Shown: positions 1 through 11,239, counted from the first letter of the stretch. The stretch: DNA of 64,000 nt from an uncultured Gemmatimonadales bacterium (GCA_963798915.1 CAWCVB010000002.1:32001-96000); one strand, 5' to 3'. Made by a program: numbers and translations. The notes: generated by a model not told the origin, from the sequence alone.

Positions 1-226
1 GGTGGGGTCGGGCCAGCTCAGCTTCGAGCCGGTGCAGCCGAGGGACGTCACCGTCCGGCTGCACGGCACGGTGGCCATCATTACCGGCCGCACCGACATG
101 CGCGGATCGTTCGAGGGGGCCGCCTTCGGGACGGCGAGCCGCTACACCCACGTCTATGTCCATCGGGATGGCGGCTGGAGGATGGCAGCGGCGCAGGGCA
201 CCGTAATCGCGGACGAAGCCGAATGA
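1..226 (+). CDS. NTF2-like/DUF4440 family protein (5' partial)
   Basis: DVTVRLHGTVAIITGR...RYTHVYVHRDGGWRMAAAQ is a typical DUF4440 C-terminus; runs off the window start. Confidence 0.75.
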   Translation, partial: VGSGQLSFEPVQPRDVTVRLHGTVAIITGRTDMRGSFEGAAFGTASRYTHVYVHRDGGWRMAAAQGTVIADEAE

Positions 227-2462
227 TTGCTGGCATGCTGCTGGCCGCGCTGGTCCCGTTGACGCAACCGGCGATGCCGGACACGTCGGAGCTGCAGGCA
301 GCGCGGGCACTTCGTTTCCCGGGTCGTCCCGGACGCTGCCGATCAGTTCACGCTTGGAGCTGCTCCCCAGCGCCGACCGTCTCGACGTCTTCGAGGTACG
401 CAGCGTCGGTGACAAAGTCCAGCTCCGTGGCTCCAGCGGCGTGGCACTCGCCTCGGCGCTCAACTGGTACCTGGAACACGCGGCCGGGGTGAACGTCGCC
501 AATCCGCTGCAACCCATTCACCTGGGCAGGCCCATCCCGGCGGTCGCCGAGCCGGTGCGCATTACTACGCCATACCGATTCCGGTACTTCTTCAACTACT
601 GCACCTTTTCCTACAGCATGGCGTGGTGGGACTGGTCGCAATGGGAAAAGATGATCGACTGGATGGCGCTCAAGGGCGTCAACCTTCCACTCGCCGTCAC
701 CGGGCAGGAAGCCACCTGGCAGCTGGTGCTGCGCGACCTGGGCTTCAGCGATGAGCAGATTGGCCGGTTCCTGGTCGGGCCCGCCTATTTGCCCTGGGGA
801 TGGATGGGCAATATCGATGGCCTGGGCGGTCCGCTGCCACAGCACTGGATCGATTCCCATGTCGAACTCGAGCGCCAGATCCTTGCTCGCGAGCGCGCGC
901 TCGGCATGACGCCCGTGCTGCAGGGCTTCACCGGCCACGTGCCGCAGTCCATCACCGAGGTGATTCCCTCGGCACGAATCCACCAGACCGGCGACTGGTC
1001 CGCCGGATTTACCGGCACCTGGTTCCTCGACCCGCTCGACACCCTGTTCCAGAAGATCGGGCGCGATTTCATGGGCCGGCAGCAGGAGCTGTACGGCACC
1101 GATCATTTCTACGCGGCCGACCCGTTCAACGAGATCAATCCACCCACCAACGATTCCACCTTCCTCGCCGGGATGGGACACGCCATCTACGAGCCGATGC
1201 GCGCCGCCGACCCTAAGGCGGTGTGGGTGCTGCAGGGCTGGTTCCTCTATTATCAGGCCAATTTCTGGAAGGAGACCGAAGCGCGCGCGCTCCTGGGCGC
1301 CGTCCCCGACGATCGCATGCTGGTGCTCGATCTGTATGGCGACCGCCATCCAGTATGGTCCGAGCGCGATGCGTTCTATGGCAAGCCGTGGGTCTGGAAC
1401 GTTCTCTACAACTTTGGCGGCCAGGTGAGCCTGAGTGGAGACCTCCAGAGCATGGCGGCCAACCTGCAGGCCGCGCTGGCGAGCCCGGAGCATGGCCGCA
1501 TGGCCGGGCTGGGGATGACCATGGAAGGGTTGGGCTACAACGCGGTGGTGCCGGATTTCGTTCTCGACATGGCATGGAAGGACAGCGTGCCCGCGGTGCG
1601 GGACTGGGTGAAGGAGTATGTGGTGCGTCGTTACGGCCAGGCCGATTCCTCCGCCTGGGAAGCATGGAAGATCCTGCTGGCCACAGCGTACCGCTCCGCG
1701 CCGCAGACCGGAACCTTCCTGGCTGAACGGCCCGGCTTCTATCAGAAGGGTGTGGCATACCGGACCTCACCGCTTGCGCCATACAACACGGCGGAGCTGG
1801 AGCGCGCGCTCACCTTGCTGCTCGAGGCAGAACCCCGCCTTGGCCGCAGCGATGCGTACCAGTACGACGTCGTGAACCTGACCCGCCAGCTGCTGGGGTC
1901 GCTGGGCCTGCCGATGGTGAACGCGGTGGAGACGGCCTACCGGCAGAAGAACCGGCCCGCAGTGTTACGCGCGGAGCGCCAGGTGGTTGGATTGCTGCAG
2001 GACCTGGATGCGCTGGTCGGCACCAGGAAGGAATTTCTCCTGGGGCCCTGGATCGAGGATGCCCGGCGGTGGGGAACCAGCGACGCAGAGCGGGCGCTTT
2101 ATGAATGGAACGCCCGGAATATCATCACCCTCTGGGGTACCAAGTGCACCGAGGGGCAGAACGACGACCTCAATCTCTACGCCTACAAGCAATGGCAGGG
2201 GATGTTCTCGGGCTACTTCCTTCCGCGCTGGCAGGAATTCTTTCGGCGGCTGAACCGCTCGCTGCAGCAGGGCGCCGCCTTTGACCGCGCACCCTTTGCG
2301 GCCGACATGTGCGCATGGGAACAGGCGTGGTCCGAGCGAAGGGACAGGTATCCAACCGAACCGCGGGGTGACGCGCTGTCCATCTCGCGCCGGCTCTTTG
2401 CCAAGTATTTCACGACGACCCGCCCTGCACCCTCCACGGAGGCCCGTTCCCATGGCGCTTGA
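223..2462 (+). CDS. alpha-N-acetylglucosaminidase (GH89), secreted; two apparent +1 indels near 311 and 354
   Basis: YFFNYCTFSYSMAWWDWSQWEKMIDWMALKGVN, GPAYLPWGWMGNIDGLGGPLP, DPFNE and YEWNARNIITLWG motifs; the signal peptide at 223 lies in another frame. Confidence 0.92.
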
Positions 2463-2640
2463 AATGCGAACTGAATGCGAGCGCTGCCATGCGCGCCTGG
2501 CCGGCGACGACACCGCCTTCATCTGCAGCTACGAATGCACCTTCTGCGCTGACTGCGCCGATGAAATGAAGGAAGTCTGCCCCAACTGCGGTGGTGAGCT
2601 GGTGCTCCGCCCCATCCGCCAGGGCAGCCCTCCGGCCTAG
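2452..2640 (+). CDS. DUF1272 family Cys-rich protein
   Basis: MALEMRTECERC...ICSYECTFCADC...CPNCGGELVLRP. Confidence 0.9.
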   Translation: MALEMRTECERCHARLAGDDTAFICSYECTFCADCADEMKEVCPNCGGELVLRPIRQGSPPA

Positions 2641-2649
2641 TGGGCGGCC

Positions 2650-3384
2650 ATGGCATCGCGCCCGCTCCTGGCTGCCCGCTGGTGTGACCTCGCCATGGTC
2701 ACCTTCGACGTGACGCCGGACATTCTGAAACCGTGGATCCCACCGCATGTGGAGCTGGACCAGTATCAGGGTCGCACACTGGTCAGCCTGATCGGCTTCC
2801 GGTTCCTCGATGCCAGCGTGCTTGGGATCCCCATTCCGTTGCACCGCGATTTTGTCGAGGTCAATCTCCGCTTCTATACCAGGCGGATGGCGCCGGAAGG
2901 CTGGCGGCATGGCGTGACGTTCATCCGGGAGATGGTACCGGTGCCGGCGGTCGCACTTGCGGCGCGAGCGCTCTACAACGAGCCCTACCGGGCCCTCCCC
3001 ATGCGGTCGCGAAACGAGAGCTCCCTGGCGACAGCCGGCCGGGCCGGGTCGGTGCGCTACGAGTGGCGGTCCAGTGGTCAGTGGCAGCAACTCGAAGTCA
3101 CCACGCAAGGTGCCTCCCGGGAGCTGGCCTCCGGCTCCGAAGAGGAGTTCATCGCGGTTCGACACTGGGGGCATGGCACCCATCGCGATGGATCCGCCAT
3201 CGAGTATCACGTACGCCATCCGCGCTGGCGGTATTGGAAGGCACGAAGCCATGTACTCAATTGGGACGTGGCGGCGCTCTTCGGCCCGCGGTTTGTGGCG
3301 CCAATGGGCAGGGCACCGTCCTCGGTCTTCGTGGCGGACGGGTCAGCGGTGGCGGTGTCCATGTTCCGGCGCCTCGGAAGATGA
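2650..3384 (+). CDS. DUF2071/YqjF family protein
   Basis: W..LAMVTF, VSLIGFRF, FVEVNLRFY, YHVRHPRW motifs. Confidence 0.85.
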   Translation: MASRPLLAARWCDLAMVTFDVTPDILKPWIPPHVELDQYQGRTLVSLIGFRFLDASVLGIPIPLHRDFVEVNLRFYTRRMAPEGWRHGVTFIREMVPVPAVALAARALYNEPYRALPMRSRNESSLATAGRAGSVRYEWRSSGQWQQLEVTTQGASRELASGSEEEFIAVRHWGHGTHRDGSAIEYHVRHPRWRYWKARSHVLNWDVAALFGPRFVAPMGRAPSSVFVADGSAVAVSMFRRLGR

Positions 3385-3874
3385 GTCGAGGGTCGCGGGT
3401 CGACCCGCAAGACGCCACAGCATGCGCACTGCGCGCACGAATGGGCTATCTCGACATCTCCCTGACGTGCTCCCATACCTTAGGGTGATGGTGCTGACAG
3501 CAGGTACCGGGCTTGTGGCACCCGGCATGGCAAACGCGCAGATCATCCGGCGGCCGGAGGCGCACGACTCACAATACCGCTGGCGCATGGCTGGCCTGGC
3601 GTGCCATGCAGCTTGGCATCTGGCCTTCGCGTCCCACCATCGCAGGCGGCAGCCTCGGCCTGGCAACATCACCTCAGGTCATTCTGGGCCGCTCTGGAGG
3701 CGAATGGCAGGTGCGCACGGTATACTACCCCGCACAAGCAACCTTCTGAGGCGGGACCGCTGCCGTGTGCCGACTGGCATTCTACAATGCGTGTGCGATC
3801 TTCCATGAGAGGCCGCACCAGCGACGCCGCGGACAACCGTACCGGCAGCCCTGAACTGCAGCAAAGGCATCATC

Positions 3875-4438
3875 ATGTCCGATATCGCCAGCACCTTCCT
3901 TGCCGACATGCGAGTCCGCCTGGAGAACTTGAGGGACACAGCGGAGCGCGCCATTGCCCAATCCAGCGAGGCGAGCTTCACGGCCGCGCCCGACGCCGAG
4001 AGCAACAGCATTGCCATCACGGTCAAGCATGTGGCTGGCAACCTGCGCTCCCGCTTCAGCGACTTTCTCGTCAGTGACGGAGAAAAGCCGGATCGCAATC
4101 GGGACAGCGAATTCATCCTGATGCCCCGCGACAGCCGGGAATCACTCATGGAGCGCTGGTCGTCATCCTGGGACCTGATGCTTGGGGCGCTCGACGCACT
4201 GAAGCCGGAGGATCTCGCCCGGACCCTGACCATCCGCGGCGAACCCCACACGGTGATCGGGGCACTGAACCGCAACCTGGCCCATCTGGCGTATCATGTC
4301 GGACAGATCACCCAGCTGGCCAAGCACTATGCGGGGCCGGCGTGGCGCACCCTGAGTGTCCCGCGCGGCGGGTCGGACGCATACAATGCGGCGCAGGTCG
4401 CGCGGCAGGACACGGTTCCTTCAGGAGACACGGCGTGA
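3875..4438 (+). CDS. DUF1572 (DinB superfamily) protein
   Basis: SNSIAITVKHVAGNLRSRFSDFLVSDGEKPDRNRDSEF; HLAYHVGQI. Confidence 0.9.
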   Translation: MSDIASTFLADMRVRLENLRDTAERAIAQSSEASFTAAPDAESNSIAITVKHVAGNLRSRFSDFLVSDGEKPDRNRDSEFILMPRDSRESLMERWSSSWDLMLGALDALKPEDLARTLTIRGEPHTVIGALNRNLAHLAYHVGQITQLAKHYAGPAWRTLSVPRGGSDAYNAAQVARQDTVPSGDTA

Positions 4439-4827
4439 ACTCACATGCGCGCGGCGAGTTTGACGTGAAGGTCATTGCCCAGTCGCCGGACGATCCGGCG
4501 GTCGGGATCGGGCGGATGCTCCTTGACAAGCGATTTCATGGCGACCTCGATGGCACCAGCAAGGGCCAGATGCTGGCGGTGCGCGGCGCCGTGGAAACAT
4601 CGGCCGGCTATGTGGCGATGGAGCAGGTGACCGGCGTGCTGCTCGGGCGCAAGGGAACGTTTGCGCTGCAGCACAGCGGCACCATGAACCGCGGCGAGCA
4701 GGAACTGCTGATTTCCGTGGTCCCGGATTCGGGGACGGCAGAACTCGTGGGCCTCATGGGCACCATGAATATCGTGATCGAGAACGGCAAGCACTCGTAT
4801 GACTTCGAATTCTCGATAGGGGACTGA
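4435..4827 (+). CDS. DUF3224 family protein
   Basis: GTG start overlaps the upstream stop; KRFHGDLDGTSKGQML, SAGYVAME, VVPDSGTAELVGL. Confidence 0.9.
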   Translation: MNSHARGEFDVKVIAQSPDDPAVGIGRMLLDKRFHGDLDGTSKGQMLAVRGAVETSAGYVAMEQVTGVLLGRKGTFALQHSGTMNRGEQELLISVVPDSGTAELVGLMGTMNIVIENGKHSYDFEFSIGD

Positions 4828-4850
4828 GCCGGGACCGGACCGAGCAAGCC

Positions 4851-5414
4851 ATGGGCGCCAAGACCCGACATCCAGCCAGCAGCCGTCAGGTGGCCTTTCT
4901 CCGGGCCATCAACGTCGGCGGGCACGTGGTGAGGATGGAACGGCTGCGGGAGCTGTTCGCCGAGCTGGGCCTGGCCAACGTGGAGACGTTCATTGCCAGT
5001 GGCAATGTCATCTTCGACGCGGTTGAGCAGGATGCGTCTGCGCTGGAGCGTCGTATCGCCCAGCATCTCGAGCCTCGGCTCGGCTACCCGGTCGCCACCT
5101 TCATCCGCTCCATTCCCCAGCTGGCGGCCGTGGTGCGCCGCCCTGCCTTTGCGGAAGCTGAAGCCGATGCCCACGGGCTGTACATTGCCTTCCTGGGCCA
5201 GCAACCGGGCAGCGCCGAGCAGGCGGCGCTGATGGCCTTGCGGAACGAGACCGACGATTTTGAGGTCCATGACCGGGAAGTCCACTGGCTCCGCCGCACC
5301 CGCGACGGCAACTCAACCTTCTCGGGCGCGCAGCTGGAGCGGTGCCTCGCCCTGCCGGCCACGGTCCGGAACATCACCTCGATCCGTCGGCTTCTCGAGA
5401 AGCATGGGGGCTGA
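4851..5414 (+). CDS. DUF1697 family protein
   Basis: AFLRAINVGG, VETFIASGNVIF, ATVRN. Confidence 0.9.
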   Translation: MGAKTRHPASSRQVAFLRAINVGGHVVRMERLRELFAELGLANVETFIASGNVIFDAVEQDASALERRIAQHLEPRLGYPVATFIRSIPQLAAVVRRPAFAEAEADAHGLYIAFLGQQPGSAEQAALMALRNETDDFEVHDREVHWLRRTRDGNSTFSGAQLERCLALPATVRNITSIRRLLEKHGG

Positions 5415-5460
5415 GCGCACGCTCACAGCTTACAGCTCACAGCACCGACCGGGAGCATCC

Positions 5461-5673
5461 ATGAAGACCGTCTTGTCCCTGGGCTTGACGTTCCTCTTCG
5501 TCGCGGGTTGTCACGACTCCGGCGACACCGCCCGTACCAAGCCCACCGAACGCCAGGTGGACAGCGCCATCGGGAACTCCAACCTTCCCGGCGCCCAGGG
5601 TGTGTCAGGGGCCATGCGTGTGGCAGATTCCGCAGCGGCAAGAAATGCCAGGCTGGATTCGGTGGGGAGCTGA
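5461..5673 (+). CDS. small hypothetical lipoprotein
   Basis: GGGAG RBS; MKTVLSLGLTFLFVAG-C lipobox. Confidence 0.7.
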   Translation: MKTVLSLGLTFLFVAGCHDSGDTARTKPTERQVDSAIGNSNLPGAQGVSGAMRVADSAAARNARLDSVGS

Positions 5674-5741
5674 GCGCTGTGCGCTGTGCGCTGTGCGAAG
5701 CTCCCGCCTCAGCTCTCAGCTCTTAGCTCTCAGCTTTTAAC

Positions 5742-7220
5742 TCACTCGATCGCCCTTCCCCTCTCGAAGTCATACAGCGTCAGCCGCCGCAGCTGGTAGT
5801 GCGCCAGCCAGTGCTGCCGCAGCGCCTGCAGGTATTGCACGATGGCCTGGTCCTTCTCCGCCTGGGCGATGTACAGGTTGTCGATCGCGATGCGGCCGAT
5901 GACGTAGCGGTTGTAGGCTACCTCGAACCGCTTCGCCGCCACGGTGTCGGCCTTGGCGCTGAGCGCCAGCGACCGCCGGGTCTGCTCCACCTGCAGCGCC
6001 GCAAAGCGCGCATCCATGGCGATCTGGTCCAGGGTGGCCTCGCGTGAGTCCTCCGCCTGCTGCAGTTGCGCCTGGGCGGCGGCAATACGGTTGTGGCGCG
6101 CGCCCCATTGGATCAATGGAATTTCCACCGACACGTTGACATTCCGCGCCTCGAGCAGGTTCTGGTAGGCCTCGTTGAATTCGGGCGCGGTCGCGTTGTA
6201 CCCGATGCTCGCCTGCACCGTCGCGCCGAACCCGTTGTCCAGCTTGGCCTGGGTCACCTGCCGACGGGCCACGATCTCCCGCAACTGGGCGTTGGTGGCG
6301 CTGGAAACGTTGTGGAGCGCCTGCGCGGCCGCGATCGCGGTATCCGCTGCGTATGCCGGGGCTTCACCGGGCACCTCGAGCGCGAGCGGAGCATCCGGTG
6401 CCAGGTTCAGAGCCAGTCGCAGCGCGGCCTCGGCCCGCTCGTGGTCCAGACGTGCGCCATCCAGTGAGGTGCGGGAGCGCAGCAGCGCCAGCTCGCTCTG
6501 CAGCAAGTCGTTCTCGCCGATCTTGCCAACTTCGTAACGGCCCTTGTTCAGGGTATACAGCGTATCGTTGACGGCCACGTTGGCCTGGGCGTTGGCCAGC
6601 CCCACCTGCGCGGTGTACAGGTCAAAGTACAGGTTGGTTACCTGGAGCGAGATATCTTCGCGCGCCTCGAGGTACTGGCGCTCCGCCAGGTCGGAGCGGA
6701 CCGGCTGCTCCCGCCGGTCCAATGAAAAAGTATTGGGCCGAAACAGGTCCTGCCGGATGCCGAGCGAGATGGGTGTCGAGGACCAGCTGCGCAGCGACTG
6801 GTCGCCACTGAGTTGAAGCCGCTGCAGCGCGCTGCTGACGAAGATGCTGCCGCCGGTGGGCAGTCGCTGGGTGAGCGTCGCCCCCAGCTGCGACTCGGTC
6901 TGGTCCTGGGCCCGGAACAGGGTGGATCCGTCGGGCTGCAGCACCGGCACGATCGCGTGGTTGTATCTCGGCAAGGTGCCGGTCAGCGACAGCTGCGGCA
7001 TGTACTGCGCCCAGAAAGCGTCGCTGGTGTAGCGGGCGGCTTCCAGTGTGGCGCGCGCACCCCGCGCCGTATGACCCTGCTCCTGCGCAGTCGCGATCGC
7101 CTGCTGCAGCGACATGGGCGCCTGCGCGGACACGCGCGCCGCAGGAACAGCCAGGCCGCACGCCAGCAGCAGGACAGGTGCAATGGACCTCAAGGCAGCG
7201 CTCACTCGTACCGGAGACAT
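5742..7220 (-). CDS. TolC family outer membrane protein
   Basis: Signal peptide; two OEP repeats (RYEVGKIGENDLLQSEL, RYVIGRIAIDNLYIAQ). Confidence 0.9.
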   Translation of the reverse strand: MSPVRVSAALRSIAPVLLLACGLAVPAARVSAQAPMSLQQAIATAQEQGHTARGARATLEAARYTSDAFWAQYMPQLSLTGTLPRYNHAIVPVLQPDGSTLFRAQDQTESQLGATLTQRLPTGGSIFVSSALQRLQLSGDQSLRSWSSTPISLGIRQDLFRPNTFSLDRREQPVRSDLAERQYLEAREDISLQVTNLYFDLYTAQVGLANAQANVAVNDTLYTLNKGRYEVGKIGENDLLQSELALLRSRTSLDGARLDHERAEAALRLALNLAPDAPLALEVPGEAPAYAADTAIAAAQALHNVSSATNAQLREIVARRQVTQAKLDNGFGATVQASIGYNATAPEFNEAYQNLLEARNVNVSVEIPLIQWGARHNRIAAAQAQLQQAEDSREATLDQIAMDARFAALQVEQTRRSLALSAKADTVAAKRFEVAYNRYVIGRIAIDNLYIAQAEKDQAIVQYLQALRQHWLAHYQLRRLTLYDFERGRAIE

Positions 7221-8614
7221 TCGACCGGATCCTGGCGCGCCGCCCGATACGCGGGCACGATGCCAAAGCCGACACCGACCGCGAACGAGACGCCGAACGC
7301 CACGAAGATGGAAATGAAGGACACCAGCGTCCTGATGCCGGCGAAATGCTCAATGCCGGAACTCAGCGCGATGCCGAGAATGATGCCGGCCACCCCGCCG
7401 GCCACGCTGATCATGACCGCCTCGGTGAGGAACTGCATCAGCACGTCCCGCTGGGTGGCGCCCAGCGCCCGGCGGACACCGATCTCCCGGATCCGCTCCA
7501 GCACCGAGGCCAGCATGATGTTCATGATGCCGATGCCACCGACCAGGAGCGAGATCGAGGCGATGGCGCCGAGGACCACGTTGAAGATTGTCTTGGTGCG
7601 CTGCTGCTGGCGGAGGAGCAGTTCGGGCACTTCGATCTCGAAGTCGATGACGCCATTGTGCCGGCGCGTCAGCATGCGCCGCAGCACGTCGGTGACCGCC
7701 GACATGTGGCCGGCGTCCTCCACCCGCACGATGATCCGGTCGAGCTGGTTGCGGTTGGTGCGCTCCGCGCGCTGCTCATCGCTCTCGGTGTCGGTGTTGT
7801 CGTTGTTGTTGTTGGCCCGGCTGGCGGCGGCCTCGATTTCCTGGCCCGTCACCCGCGCCCGGTCGCGGAATCGCAGCAGCATCGTGCGCGCCGGGATGTA
7901 GACGTCCATGTTGGCATCACGCACGCCCAGCTTGGTCTCGGCCTCGGCGGTGACACGGCGGTCGCTCAGCACACCCACCACCGTGAGCCAGATGTCACCC
8001 ACCTTGATCGGACGCCCGATCGCCTCTTCGGTCGTGAAGAAACGGTTGCGGATGCCATCGCCGATGATGGCCACCGGCGCGCCCAATGCCAGTTGGTCAT
8101 GGGTGAACCAGGCGCCATGCTCCAGGTGGAGATTGGTGAGCCCGAAGTAAGTGGAATCCACGCCCACCGCCTTGGCCGAACGGCGGCGGCCTTCCCGCGT
8201 CACATCGGTGTTGTAGACGATTTCGGCGCTGACGTAGTCCACCAGCGGCAGGTCACGGTCAATCGCCTCCGCGTCGGCGTAGGTGAGGCCGGGAGAGAAC
8301 TTCTTGACCTCTTTCTGCTGGTTGTCATCCTTGACGGGACCCTCGGCCTGCTGCACCAGCGGCGTCACCATCACGTTGTTGGCGCCGAGCAGCACCATCT
8401 GCTGCAGGATTTCCTGCTCGGCGCCCTTGCCGATGGCCAGCATGGTGATGACCGAGGCCACACCGAACAAAATGCCGAGCGAGGTCAGCGCCGCGCGCAG
8501 CCGATTGTGACGGACCCCCTCCAGCGCAGTGGCCGCGCTGAAGCGCAGGTGCGTCAGGAGCAATCCCCAGCGCTGACGCCACCCGGCGTCGGTGCCGCCG
8601 CCCGCGTCCCTCAT
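7202..8614 (-). CDS. MacB-like ABC transporter permease (no NBD)
   Basis: NRLRAALTSLGILFGVASVI; LLVGGIGIMNIMLASVLERIREIGVRRALGA; ends LRYE. Confidence 0.92.
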   Translation of the reverse strand: MRDAGGGTDAGWRQRWGLLLTHLRFSAATALEGVRHNRLRAALTSLGILFGVASVITMLAIGKGAEQEILQQMVLLGANNVMVTPLVQQAEGPVKDDNQQKEVKKFSPGLTYADAEAIDRDLPLVDYVSAEIVYNTDVTREGRRRSAKAVGVDSTYFGLTNLHLEHGAWFTHDQLALGAPVAIIGDGIRNRFFTTEEAIGRPIKVGDIWLTVVGVLSDRRVTAEAETKLGVRDANMDVYIPARTMLLRFRDRARVTGQEIEAAASRANNNNDNTDTESDEQRAERTNRNQLDRIIVRVEDAGHMSAVTDVLRRMLTRRHNGVIDFEIEVPELLLRQQQRTKTIFNVVLGAIASISLLVGGIGIMNIMLASVLERIREIGVRRALGATQRDVLMQFLTEAVMISVAGGVAGIILGIALSSGIEHFAGIRTLVSFISIFVAFGVSFAVGVGFGIVPAYRAARQDPVECLRYE

Positions 8615-9936
8615 GACGTCGAGGCGGAGTCGGTGGCAGGAGTGGCGGCCGGCTTGGCCGACTTGGACGGACGGTGGTCCTCGGACAGCCGTTCCAGCTT
8701 CATGCCCGCAGCATTGCCGGGAATGGTGAGGAGCACGCGGTCGCCCTCCTTGAGCCCGCGTTCGATGACGACCTCATCCTCACTCACCGCGCCGGTGGCC
8801 ACTTCCTGCTTCACCACCCGTCCGGCCAGCTGATGAAAGACGTAGGGCGTGCTGTCCTGGTTGTGCAGCGCCTCGAGCGAGATCGCGAGCGCATCCTTGA
8901 GATGGTAGGTCTCGATGATGTTGCCGGTGGTCATGCCGGGACGCAGCGTGGTGTCCGAGCCCTCGATCGCGATGCGCACCTCGAACACCTTGGCGTCGGC
9001 ATTGGGGCGCTGCTCGCCCATGTTGGCGACGCTGACCACCTTGCCGGAGAGTTTCCGGGACGGGTCGGCGTCGAGGGTGATGGAGGCCCGCTGCCCCGCG
9101 GCAATCTTGCGGACGTCGATTTCATTCACATAGGTGACGGACTCCATGCCGGTGAGGTCGGGCAGGGTGGCGACGCGCGCATCCCAGGCGGAAACCTGCG
9201 AGCCGGCGGTCCGCTTCTTTCCGTTCCATTCACGGACATACGTGACCATGCCGGGCGACGGCGCCTTGATGGTAAAGCCCTGCATCACGTCCTGGACCAC
9301 GCTCTGCTTGTTCCGCTGCCGCTCCAGGTCGGTGCCGACTTCCCGCATCTTGGCCTTGGATTGTTCGGTCTTGGTCTCGTAGTCCTTCCTGGCCTTGTCC
9401 AACATGCGCTGGGCCCGCTCCAAGTCGATGCCCGCCTGCCGCTGGATGGTGGGCGCCTCGTACTTTGACTGTTCCTTGGCCAGCCGCTTCTCCTCGAGCG
9501 CCAGCTCGGCCGAACGGATATCCTCGCGGGCCGTGGCCAGGGTGAGGGCGCTGTCCAGCGTGGCCTGCTCATACACCGCCTGGGCCTTCTGCAGTGCCAG
9601 CGAGACTTCCGCCATCTTGGCGGCCAGCGTGGACCGATCGAGCTCCGCCACCACCTCGCCTTCCTTGACCCGGGTGCCTTCCGGCACGATGGAGGCGATC
9701 CGCATCTGGTACGCCTCGGCCTGCTGAGCGTTGGCGGGCGCCGTGATCTCGACCGAGTTGCGGGCCTGCAGCTCCCCGGACGTGGTCACCGTGACACTGA
9801 AGTCGCCTTTCCGGGTAGTTGAGACGAGCGCGGACTCGACCGACGCGGAAGGCCGCACGAAGAACCAGAGGCCAACGACGGAGAGGATCGCGGCGGCGCC
9901 GATGCGTACCGGCCAGCGAGCAAGAAGGGTGGGCAT
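8611..9936 (-). CDS. efflux periplasmic adaptor (MacA/HlyD-like)
   Basis: N-terminal TM; VPEGTRVKEGEVVAELD lipoyl motif; coiled coil; LRPGMT; start chosen at MPTLL. Confidence 0.88.
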   Translation of the reverse strand: MPTLLARWPVRIGAAAILSVVGLWFFVRPSASVESALVSTTRKGDFSVTVTTSGELQARNSVEITAPANAQQAEAYQMRIASIVPEGTRVKEGEVVAELDRSTLAAKMAEVSLALQKAQAVYEQATLDSALTLATAREDIRSAELALEEKRLAKEQSKYEAPTIQRQAGIDLERAQRMLDKARKDYETKTEQSKAKMREVGTDLERQRNKQSVVQDVMQGFTIKAPSPGMVTYVREWNGKKRTAGSQVSAWDARVATLPDLTGMESVTYVNEIDVRKIAAGQRASITLDADPSRKLSGKVVSVANMGEQRPNADAKVFEVRIAIEGSDTTLRPGMTTGNIIETYHLKDALAISLEALHNQDSTPYVFHQLAGRVVKQEVATGAVSEDEVVIERGLKEGDRVLLTIPGNAAGMKLERLSEDHRPSKSAKPAATPATDSASTS

Positions 9937-10222
9937 GGCAACGATCCCTGCGTAGACCCGGACGCGCTGCATTGCGCGGGCTTGTGAGGATGACCAACAG
10001 CGGACCGGCCGGGGCAATCTTGCGATACACCCGACCACAGCAATGACTGAATTGACGCTGATCGGTGGATCTTAACATGCGGTCCGAGCATGAGCCATGC
10101 CCGTACGCGGCATTCCGAGACTGGATGCCCTGACCGAGCGAAAGGTTGCGCGCTGCATCCGGCCGGGCATCTTGGAGGCGACCGTTCCTGCCACCTCAGA
10201 CCGCCCGAGGAAGGACCACGCC

Positions 10223-11239
10223 ATGAACGCACCGGCCACGACTACCCTCGGCCTGGCGCTGCTGGTGGGCGCGTCAGCCAGCGCGCTGGGGCAGGCACCG
10301 TCCGGCACGGTGCAACTGGATCGCTTCTTTTCGCCTGCCCTGGAGGTGTCCCGGGAGTTCTTCATCTACCTGCCGCCCAGCTACGCCCGCGAGCCCAGCC
10401 GCCACTTTCCTGTCATCTATCTGCTGCACGGGTACGGGAGTGACGAAGCAGAATGGCTCACGCATGGCGACATCGCCGTGGTGGCGGATTCGCTCATCAC
10501 GGCGGGCAGTGGCCCGTTCATTCTGGTCATGCCCGATGGGGACCGTGGATACTGGGTGAACTGGGAAACGTCTCCCACCTATGAGGAATGCGCCGCCAGC
10601 GATGAGCTGGATGAACCGCCCGAAACCGGCTGCGCCCGCCAACGGCGCTACGGCGACTACATCGCCAATGACCTGCGGCACCACGTGGACTCGACCTATC
10701 GGACGATTGACGCTCGATCGGGACGCGGGCTGCTGGGAATCAGCATGGGAGGAACCGGATCGCTGATGCTTGCGCTCACCAACTCACCGCTGTTCGGCGC
10801 CGCCGCGAGCCTGTCGGCCGTCGCGATGCCGCTCGCAACCAGTCAGGGCCCCTGTGGTTCGCAGGTCACCTCTGCCATTTCATTGGAAGACTTTGAATCG
10901 GCGCGAGGCGCGCCCAGCCCCAAGTGGCACAAGCTGTGGGGCTCCGACACAACCCGCTGGTGGAGGCATGACCCGATCAGGGCGGCCCGGCACCTGCTGG
11001 ACACGGCGGCACCAGTGCCTGCGCTCCGGCTCGAGGTTGGCCGGGACGATCCGCTGGCAGCCGGCAACTGCGCCGTCGATGTGGCGCTCACGGCCATGGG
11101 CATGCCACACCAGTTCCTGGTGTGGGACGGCGAGCATGACTGGCGGGCCTGGCGAAAACATGAAGCGCCAACGCTGGCGTGGACGCTCTCGCAACTCTCC
11201 ACTGATCGCGATGCTGCACACGATGGAGGGCGACGGTGA
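10223..11239 (+). CDS. secreted esterase, alpha/beta hydrolase (putative esterase/CE1-like)
   Basis: IYLPPSY, PVIYLLHG, GISMGG nucleophile elbow, GEHDW; AGGAAGG RBS. Confidence 0.85.
   Translation: MNAPATTTLGLALLVGASASALGQAPSGTVQLDRFFSPALEVSREFFIYLPPSYAREPSRHFPVIYLLHGYGSDEAEWLTHGDIAVVADSLITAGSGPFILVMPDGDRGYWVNWETSPTYEECAASDELDEPPETGCARQRRYGDYIANDLRHHVDSTYRTIDARSGRGLLGISMGGTGSLMLALTNSPLFGAAASLSAVAMPLATSQGPCGSQVTSAISLEDFESARGAPSPKWHKLWGSDTTRWWRHDPIRAARHLLDTAAPVPALRLEVGRDDPLAAGNCAVDVALTAMGMPHQFLVWDGEHDWRAWRKHEAPTLAWTLSQLSTDRDAAHDGGRR

Noticed and set aside
3385..3874. Possible gene in the 490-bp gap (signal-like VLTAGTGLVAPGMANAQ)
   Set aside because: No consistent frame or recognisable family. 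It may be a remnant.
10052..10078. Sigma70 promoter TTGACG...TAACAT
   Set aside because: The 15-bp spacing is too short to call.
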